From NCBI GenBank assembly GCA_963792585.1, contig CAWBWI010000001.1, forward strand, positions 1,184,001 to 1,248,000: a stretch of DNA of 64,000 bases, read 5' to 3'. Shown one piece after another: positions 57,344 through 64,000 of the stretch; position 1 is the first letter of the stretch; every line of letters begins with the position of its first letter. The notes below the pieces were generated by a model that was given only the letters and a program-made list of their open reading frames with translations, ran no database searches and was not told the DNA's origin. Made by a program: the position numbers and the translations under genes. The DNA is from Candidatus Eiseniibacteriota bacterium. Lineage in GTDB: Bacteria > Eisenbacteria > RBG-16-71-46 > CAIMUX01 > VGJL01.

Positions 57344-59923
57344 TCAAGGAAGTCTCGTCACCCGAGCGGCTCGACCCACTCCTCCTGCGTGGACCAATCG
57401 CGCGAAGTAGATTCCCGTGGATGCTTGGATCGCCGCTCCCGCGGGACCGGCAGGCAAGGCGTCCGCTCCCCCGCCGCCTGATGATCCAATCGAGCCGCTC
57501 CACGGCGCCGCGTGCTCGCCTGCGCCGAGCGAGCCGAGCGGCAGCGTCGTCACCTTCCGCCCACCGGCATCGAAGATCTCGATGCGCGCCTCCTCGACCG
57601 CGCGCGCGAGTTCGAAGCGAAACTCGATCCGATCCTGGAATGGATTGGGCGTGGGGGCGAGATCCACGCTCGCGAACTCCGCGGGCCCCTCACCGGATAT
57701 GTCCGATGGGTTGATCTGCTTGTAGAACCGCAAGATCGTGCGGAGCGCCTCCGGAGGATTCGAGGGCGGAGGATTCCCCGCCTGGTCGGTTTCATTGACA
57801 CCGTGGCACGAGCTGCAGGCGCGGATCTCGCCGGGTTGAAACGTCAGCCAGTAACGCTCGCGCACGACCGGCGTCCCCTCCGGATCCGTGGTCTGCCACG
57901 CCAGGGCCCGCCGCGCCGGGACGAATGCGGCGGCCGATCCGTCCGACTCCACCTTGACCGATCCGAGCGGACCGCCCGGATTCTCCGGATTGAGGATGTC
58001 GTGCATCGGCTGCGCAAGGACGCGCCTGCCCGGATTCGGATCGACGGCGCCCCCCATCCCTCGGATCAGATCCGCCTGGAAGAACTGCAGGGAGGCCACA
58101 TCGTAGATAATCCCCGGAGAGCCCTGCGTCAACACCCCTCCGGGCACGCGCAAGTTGTATGGCTGCTGCTCGTCGGCATGATCGCGCGCCGTCACGTTCC
58201 GGCTCACGACGATGGCGAGATCGCGCGCGCGCAGGAACTGCTTGAACTCCTGCAAATCGACCCGTTCCTCGGTGAAGATCTGCGCCTCGGGTTGTCCCAG
58301 CACGACCGGCGCCGCGCTCGGAGCGGAGCGCGGGCGCACCTCGACCGGGTCGAACTCCCACAGGAGACCCGAGTACTGGACCAGGACGTCGGGATCGTAG
58401 TAACTGACCGTCTTGCTGATCCCCGGTGTCAACGGCTGGTCCGCTTCCCAGACCTGACCGATCGGTGCAAGGGTCTTCAAGCGCAGGTCGTATCGTGAGA
58501 TCGGATGCGCGCGCGTCCCTTCGTTCACGTCGTTTCGGGTTTCGGGGGTGTGCACGGTGATCAGGGTCCCGTCCGCGAGCCCAAGCGGATTCCTGTAGTG
58601 GCCCGAATGCTCCGGAGGAGGATTGTCCGTGTACCCCGCGGTCGAGCGGTCGGTGACGTAGGCGATCGACATGGCGTCCGGATTGTCGTCAGGCGCCGCC
58701 GTCAACCGGATCACCTGACCGCAGGAGTGGGTATAGAACTCGGGAGCGTCGATGCCGAGATACTCTCCCGGCGCCGCCGCGCTCTCCGTCACGTGGAGGA
58801 AGTTCTGGATCCCATTGTCGTAGTTTCCCGTGAAGTCGACCAGGTTCGGATCGTCGTTCATGCTGCGCGCGAAGTAGCCGTGCAGCTCGTGCCGGCCGAT
58901 GTGATCCAGCGTCTCCTCCTCGCGTCCATCCTCGCGAATCATCCACGGGAAGAAGTGATTGATCGTGTGGCCGACCAAGTTCGTCCCCTGCAGGAGGTCC
59001 TCGCGCGAGGGGCGCGGCTCAGGGAACAGCTCGTCCCGGGTCGAGAGCGGAACCGCGTCGGCCGCTTCGCTCGACCAGTTGAAGGTCCCGTACCCGCCCC
59101 CTTCCGCGTCCGCGTCCGCCTGTTGATCCCGTTGCAGGTGGTCCCAGCGCGTGAAGACGAGACGCCCGAACGAATCCAGTTCGAGGCTGAAGGACCCCGA
59201 TGGGGAGTGCTGGACGAGGAAGAGATCCCCTGAGGCAGGATCGAGGCTCCAGATCCCGGTGACGGTCGGAGCGGACTCGTACTCGTCGAGCTGCGGATAG
59301 AGGTGCGCTTCGCCCCCCCGCGGCCGATCCGAAGTAAAGAGGATCCGGTCATCGCTTCCGTAGATCGGGCTCACGTTGTTGTACCCCTCGGGCTGATGCG
59401 GAACCTTCGTGATGACGGGCGTGTCCTGGGACCCAAGCCCCACGATCTCGTGAATCTGCCAGTGATATTCCTCCCACTGGTACTGCTGCTCAGGAGCGCC
59501 GATCACCATCGAGAAGAGCGCCTTTTCACCGTTCCAATGCACGCACGGCTCGCGCACCGCGATGCTGGAGTCATCCTGGAAGCCACTCCGCCCATAGCCG
59601 GCAGCGGCGGTGAGATTGCGCAGGGCCCCGTCCGGGTAGCGGATCCAGAGATCGCCTCCCCGCCCAACCTCGGCCATGCCGGGCAGGTGGTTGCCGAACG
59701 TGGATCCGATGGTCGTGAAGTCCCCGGGGATCGGGACCTGCGTGACGAAGAGGATCGGGTTCGGAAGGATCGGACCATCCGCGCGGACGGGAGCCGTGGA
59801 GACGGCGATCAGCGCGGCGACCGTCGCAACGATCTTGACGATTGCGCGGGCGAATCGGATCGCCCCACGCGGGCCGCGTGGTGTATCCGAAAGGGAAATC
59901 GAGGCGGGAACCGAGCTGGACAC
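57344..59923 (-). CDS. Secreted beta-propeller protein with hydrazine-synthase alpha middle-like domain, one c-type heme motif and T9SS-like C-terminal domain
   Basis: REPCVHWNGEKALFSM, PIYGSDDRILFTSDR, GRLVFTRWDH, VESDGSAAAFVPA..ALAWQ, QPGEIRACSSCH; C-terminus PTPNPF...IFDAGGR...GIYFARL. Confidence 0.78.
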   Translation of the reverse strand: MSSSVPASISLSDTPRGPRGAIRFARAIVKIVATVAALIAVSTAPVRADGPILPNPILFVTQVPIPGDFTTIGSTFGNHLPGMAEVGRGGDLWIRYPDGALRNLTAAAGYGRSGFQDDSSIAVREPCVHWNGEKALFSMVIGAPEQQYQWEEYHWQIHEIVGLGSQDTPVITKVPHQPEGYNNVSPIYGSDDRILFTSDRPRGGEAHLYPQLDEYESAPTVTGIWSLDPASGDLFLVQHSPSGSFSLELDSFGRLVFTRWDHLQRDQQADADAEGGGYGTFNWSSEAADAVPLSTRDELFPEPRPSREDLLQGTNLVGHTINHFFPWMIREDGREEETLDHIGRHELHGYFARSMNDDPNLVDFTGNYDNGIQNFLHVTESAAAPGEYLGIDAPEFYTHSCGQVIRLTAAPDDNPDAMSIAYVTDRSTAGYTDNPPPEHSGHYRNPLGLADGTLITVHTPETRNDVNEGTRAHPISRYDLRLKTLAPIGQVWEADQPLTPGISKTVSYYDPDVLVQYSGLLWEFDPVEVRPRSAPSAAPVVLGQPEAQIFTEERVDLQEFKQFLRARDLAIVVSRNVTARDHADEQQPYNLRVPGGVLTQGSPGIIYDVASLQFFQADLIRGMGGAVDPNPGRRVLAQPMHDILNPENPGGPLGSVKVESDGSAAAFVPARRALAWQTTDPEGTPVVRERYWLTFQPGEIRACSSCHGVNETDQAGNPPPSNPPEALRTILRFYKQINPSDISGEGPAEFASVDLAPTPNPFQDRIEFRFELARAVEEARIEIFDAGGRKVTTLPLGSLGAGEHAAPWSGSIGSSGGGGADALPAGPAGAAIQASTGIYFARLVHAGGVGRAARVTRLP

Positions 59924-60324
59924 GTTGCACCTCCAGTCGTTGGATCTTGTTGCCGTGGTGCCGGGCCCCTCGCCGGTCGCAGAACGTGCGAGCCTAAACC
60001 CCGAACCGAGGCAGCCGCAACATGCACCGTAGCCCGCAATATCGACACGGACGGCGAACTGAGCGGCGCGGGCATCATGAAGTCCAGGCTGTTTGGCGGA
60101 CCTGCCACGATTCTGCGGAAGGACGGTTCTCGCACAGGCGACCGATGCGAACCTGTTGGCCCGCAGGAGTACGGATCTCCAACACCTCCTCCGGGATCAT
60201 CCACGCGGAAGAGGTCGAACACCTCACGTGAGGAATGCACTCATGCGCTTGCGGAGGGGACGCCGGAGCGCGAACGCCGAAGGCCGTCCGACTGTCTTCC
60301 GTAGGCTTGGGTCGTGACGACCCG

Positions 60325-62256
60325 CTATCGGCCCAATAGCTGCCTCACGATCTCCGGACCGTTCTCCCAGAAGACCAGGATGACGCCCATGAGCGCGCCG
60401 CCTGCGACGACCCCCGACGCCACGGGGAAGAGGTACTCCTCGCAGTGCTTCGCGTTCCTCTTCTGCCAGCCCATCCCGATCAGCGCGCCGAGGAAGAAAA
60501 GCAATCCGTAGAACCACTGGAAGACCCAGGCCAAGCCCACGCCCGCGGCCGAGGGAATCCACTTCTGCTGCCTGGGGAACATTCTGGATAGAACGGGGAG
60601 GATGATCCCGACCAGCCCGCCGATCACGATGCACCAGATCTTCACCGGGTGCATCGTGTTCAAGCCCTGCGCCATCGCCTCGGCGACGCCCTTCCAGGTC
60701 TGCGCAGCGGGCGCGGGGAACTGATCCGTCCCGATCGAGGCCGCATTGGGGACCAGCACGCGGAAAGCGAGCACGGTGACGATCGTCCCGATGAAGATCC
60801 CGGCGAACTGGGCGATGAACTGCTTGCGCGGATTCGCCCCGAGAAGGTAGCCGCTCTTGAGATCGGTGAGCAGGTCGGCGGATGAGGTCGCGGCGCCCGC
60901 CGTGATGTTGGCGCTCATCAGGTTCACGGTCGTGTTCCCGGGCGAGAGCGCGCCGAAGGTGAGCTGCGTGATCTTTCCCATCGCCCCGATCGGGGTCGTA
61001 TCCGTCTCCCCCGTCACGCGGCAGGCGACCAGCGCGAGCGCGAAGGTGAGGAGGACCGCGATCAGGCTCTGCCAGTATGGCATCCCGAAGCTCGCGTGGG
61101 CCAGCAGGGCAAGGGCGACGAGGCTCACGAGCTGCCCGAGCATGAACCAGGAGCCCGGCGTTTCGATCGCCGCCATGTCATCGCGCTTGCGCTCGCCCCG
61201 CTTCATCAGCATGTCGCCGAGTCCCTGGAACGCGCGCAACGCGCTCTTCCACTGGAAGAAGACCGCGAGGATGCCGGAAGTGACCATGCAGGCCGTCCCT
61301 GCCCAGAGGGTCCACTGGACCAGCGAGCGGAAGCCGACCAGCCCCGAAGCCTCGGGCACGTTTGTTTGAAGCCAGGGGACGAAGATCATCCAGCAGGTGA
61401 TCGAGCCCACCAGCATGCTGACCCCCACCCGCATGCCGACGAACATCCCCGCCGCGATGAAGATCGGGTCCCAGGCGAACGCGACCGTCCGGCCGGTCCA
61501 GGACGCGCCCAGCGTCGCGGCGTTGAAGCGGGTGACCAGGGAGGAGATCTGAAGCGACTCCAGATGGGGATTGATGAGCCGCAGGCCGTCGGTCAGAAAC
61601 GCGCTCAACGCGGCGAGGACTCCGCCGATCCCGAGGGCGCGCGCGGCGCGGATCCCCTTCTCGCCCTTCGCGTGAAGGGCCCGGAGCGTCTCGGCGGCGG
61701 CGATCCCGCTGGGGAATCGAAGCTGCTCGACGTTGATCATCTGTCGCTTCATCGGGACGGCCATCGTCACGCCGAGGATCGCCACGAAGAAGACCCACGC
61801 GAGCATCAGGGACAGCGGCAGGGTCTGGTTGTTGATCAGGATGTAGGCGGCGAATGCGGAGATCAGGGTCCCGCCCGTCGAGTAGCCCGCTGCGCTCGCC
61901 GTCGACTGCATGCAGTTGTTCTCGAGGATCGTCATCTGGGTCCGGGCGAGTTTCATGCGATAGAAGCCGGTCCAGATGGCATAGGAGAGGATGCATGCGG
62001 TGATGGCGACCCCGAAGGCCCAGCCGGCCTTGAGACCGATGTAGATGTTCGTGAGCGAGAGGACGCCGCCCAATGCCCATCCCATGATGACGGCGCGCCA
62101 TGTGAGCTGCTTTACGGTGTCGCCGCGTCCGACGTAGCACTTCTCGTACCACTGGCGTTCGATCTCGTCCGCGGTTCCCTTGAAACCATCGATCGGAAGC
62201 TCGTATTCCTCGTAGGGATCGTGTGCGGGGAGGGGCGCGCGCTTCTCATCGGGCAT
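60325..62256 (-). CDS. OPT family oligopeptide transporter
   Basis: QLTWRAV, YIGLKAG, ILENN, LRFPSGIAAAE, GETDTTP, DLKSGYLLGANP, FPAPAA. Confidence 0.92.
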   Translation of the reverse strand: MPDEKRAPLPAHDPYEEYELPIDGFKGTADEIERQWYEKCYVGRGDTVKQLTWRAVIMGWALGGVLSLTNIYIGLKAGWAFGVAITACILSYAIWTGFYRMKLARTQMTILENNCMQSTASAAGYSTGGTLISAFAAYILINNQTLPLSLMLAWVFFVAILGVTMAVPMKRQMINVEQLRFPSGIAAAETLRALHAKGEKGIRAARALGIGGVLAALSAFLTDGLRLINPHLESLQISSLVTRFNAATLGASWTGRTVAFAWDPIFIAAGMFVGMRVGVSMLVGSITCWMIFVPWLQTNVPEASGLVGFRSLVQWTLWAGTACMVTSGILAVFFQWKSALRAFQGLGDMLMKRGERKRDDMAAIETPGSWFMLGQLVSLVALALLAHASFGMPYWQSLIAVLLTFALALVACRVTGETDTTPIGAMGKITQLTFGALSPGNTTVNLMSANITAGAATSSADLLTDLKSGYLLGANPRKQFIAQFAGIFIGTIVTVLAFRVLVPNAASIGTDQFPAPAAQTWKGVAEAMAQGLNTMHPVKIWCIVIGGLVGIILPVLSRMFPRQQKWIPSAAGVGLAWVFQWFYGLLFFLGALIGMGWQKRNAKHCEEYLFPVASGVVAGGALMGVILVFWENGPEIVRQLLGR

Positions 62257-62381
62257 GGGACCAACCTCCTCAGACTGCCCCCGCAGGGACAGGACGCAGG
62301 CAACGGGGTCCTCGACGACCGCTGGAATCCTGGCAGGAGTTCGGGACCGGCGCTAGGGGAAAGGCGCGGCACGCGGAGTCC

Positions 62382-63526
62382 CTATGCGTCCGAACCGTCC
62401 TTGCAGGTGACCACGACCGGATCTCTCGAGTAATACCGCCGTCCCAGCCACAGCGCGACGTTGACGAGGCCGATGAGCACCGGCACCTCGACCAGCGGCC
62501 CGATCACCGCGGCGAAGGCGGCGCCGTGGTGGATGCCGAAGGTCGCCACCGCCACGGCGATGGCCAGCTCGAAGTTGTTCGACGCGGCGGTGAACGAGAG
62601 CGTCGCCGCCTGCCCGTAGGTCGCGCCGACCTTCTTGCTCATGAAGAACGAGACGAAGAACATCACCACGAAGTAGATGAGCAGCGGGATGGCGATGCGC
62701 ACCACGTCGAAGCGGCAGCTGGACGATCGTCTCGCCCTTGAGCGAGAACATCACGACGATGGTGAAGAGCAGCGCGATGAGCGTGATCGGGCTGATCTTC
62801 GGGATGAACTTCCGTGTGGTACCACTCCTTGCTCTTCAGCCTTGATGAGCGAGAAGCGGGTGAGCATGCCGGCGAGGAACGGGATGCCCGAGGTAGATGA
62901 AGACGCTCTTGGCGATCTCGCCGATGGTGATGTGCGACCGCCACGCCCTTCAGGCCGAACCAGGTCGGCAGGACGGTGATGAAGACGTAGGCGTAGACCG
63001 AGTAGAAGAGCACCTGGAAGATCGAGTTGAAGGCGACGAGGCCGGCGCAGTACTCGGTGTCGCCCTTGGCCAGGTCGTTCCAGACGATGACCATGGCGAT
63101 GCAGCGGGCCAGGCCGATCATGATCAGGCCGACCATGTACTCGGGCTTGTCGCGCAGGAAGAGGACGGCCAGGCCGAACATCAGGATCGGCCCGACGATC
63201 CAGTTCTGCACGAGCGACAGCCCGAGCACCTTGGCGTTGCGGAAGACCGGCCCCATCTCCTCGTAGCGGACCTTGGCCAGCGGCGGGTACATCATGAGGA
63301 TGAGCCCGATGGCGATGGGGATGGAGGTCGTCCCGACGCTGAACCGGTTGAGAAGCGGCACGACGCCGGGAACGAGGTAGCCGAGCCCGACGCCGACGGC
63401 CATGGCGAGGAAGATCCAGAGGGTCAGGTAGCGGTCGAGGAACGACAGACGCCGCGAGGCTTCCGCTCGCTCAACGCGCGGTCCGCCGCCACCCCCAACA
63501 GCCCCTGTGTCCGCCCTTCCTTCCAT
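62382..63526 (-). CDS. acr3: Acr3 family arsenite efflux transporter (frameshifted)
   Basis: [57 protein letters not shown]. Confidence 0.94.
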
Positions 63527-63551
63527 GGAATGAACCCTCCCGGACTGTGGT

Positions 63552-64000
63552 CTATTGATGGGCCCCAATGATCGGTGCAGGAGCCGTTGAGACCGGCGTG
63601 GCGGAACCGCCCCGCAAGGCCTCGCCTGCGGCCAGGAATCCGGCGCGGACGATGAGGGCGGCCGGAATCGCCTCGTAGGTCTAGCTCCGCCGACCGACAC
63701 CGTGCGGCACTCCGCTCGCCGCACGACGCCGCAGCAGGGACTCGATGCCGTCTTGCGCCCCGAGCCAATCCTCGAGCGGGCGCTCGTTGATCCAGATGCG
63801 GTTCGATTCCAGCGGCGCCTGGAGAAAGGCGGCCTCGTCCAGCGTTCTGTCTGACCAGGGCCACCCGAATACCCGCCGGGGCGAGCGAAACCGTCAGGTG
63901 ATTGAATGCCTTCTGGACTTCCTGCTCGGTCGATGCGCATCGCGGGCACGTCTTGTCGGCCGCGTCGACGAGCCGCTGCCATCGAAGGGTGAGGGTGTGC
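63552..64000 (-). CDS. DUF2703-like thioredoxin-fold protein (partial, frameshifted)
   Basis: [33 protein letters not shown]...[17 protein letters not shown]; adjacent to acr3. Confidence 0.75.

Noticed and set aside
59924..60324. 400-nt intergenic region with short ORFs
   Set aside because: No convincing coding signal, riboswitch or repeat was recognised.

Overview
High-GC bacterial chromosome segment, almost entirely minus-strand. Four secreted proteins with T9SS/FlgD-type C-terminal domains, plus spoVG and a long (Alu-type) SRP RNA, suggest an FCB-associated candidate lineage such as Eisenbacteria (inference only). The core is housekeeping: tatA/tatC, panBC, folBK, groES/groEL, coaX, smc, selA, a liv ABC transporter, an EF-G paralog, rpsF-ssb-rpsR-rplI, prs-rplY-pth, ispE, alaS, recA/recX, cinA, recR-ybaB-dnaX, SRP RNA and four tRNAs (Gln, Ala, two Ser). 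Many essential genes carry single-base frameshifts in patches, most likely assembly errors, so several boundaries are reconstructed and approximate. Accessory parts are a secreted-protein cluster at 1-5.1 kb, an aminotransferase/radical SAM/methyltransferase/GT87 operon at 5.8-10 kb, and a right-hand region with a hydrazine-synthase-alpha-like heme protein, an OPT transporter and acr3. The most notable signal is a roughly 3.5 kb decayed integrative element. It lies between an intact tRNA-Ser(CGA) and a duplicated 5' tRNA-Ser fragment, and holds a broken tyrosine integrase and a secreted metalloprotease, implying integration that rebuilds the tRNA 5' end rather than the usual 3' end. Other unusual items are a GlmU-N/degenerate HIT fusion, an NPP1/Vps62-like secreted protein, a C25 peptidase lacking its usual catalytic His, and a pseudo-P-loop/SPOR protein.
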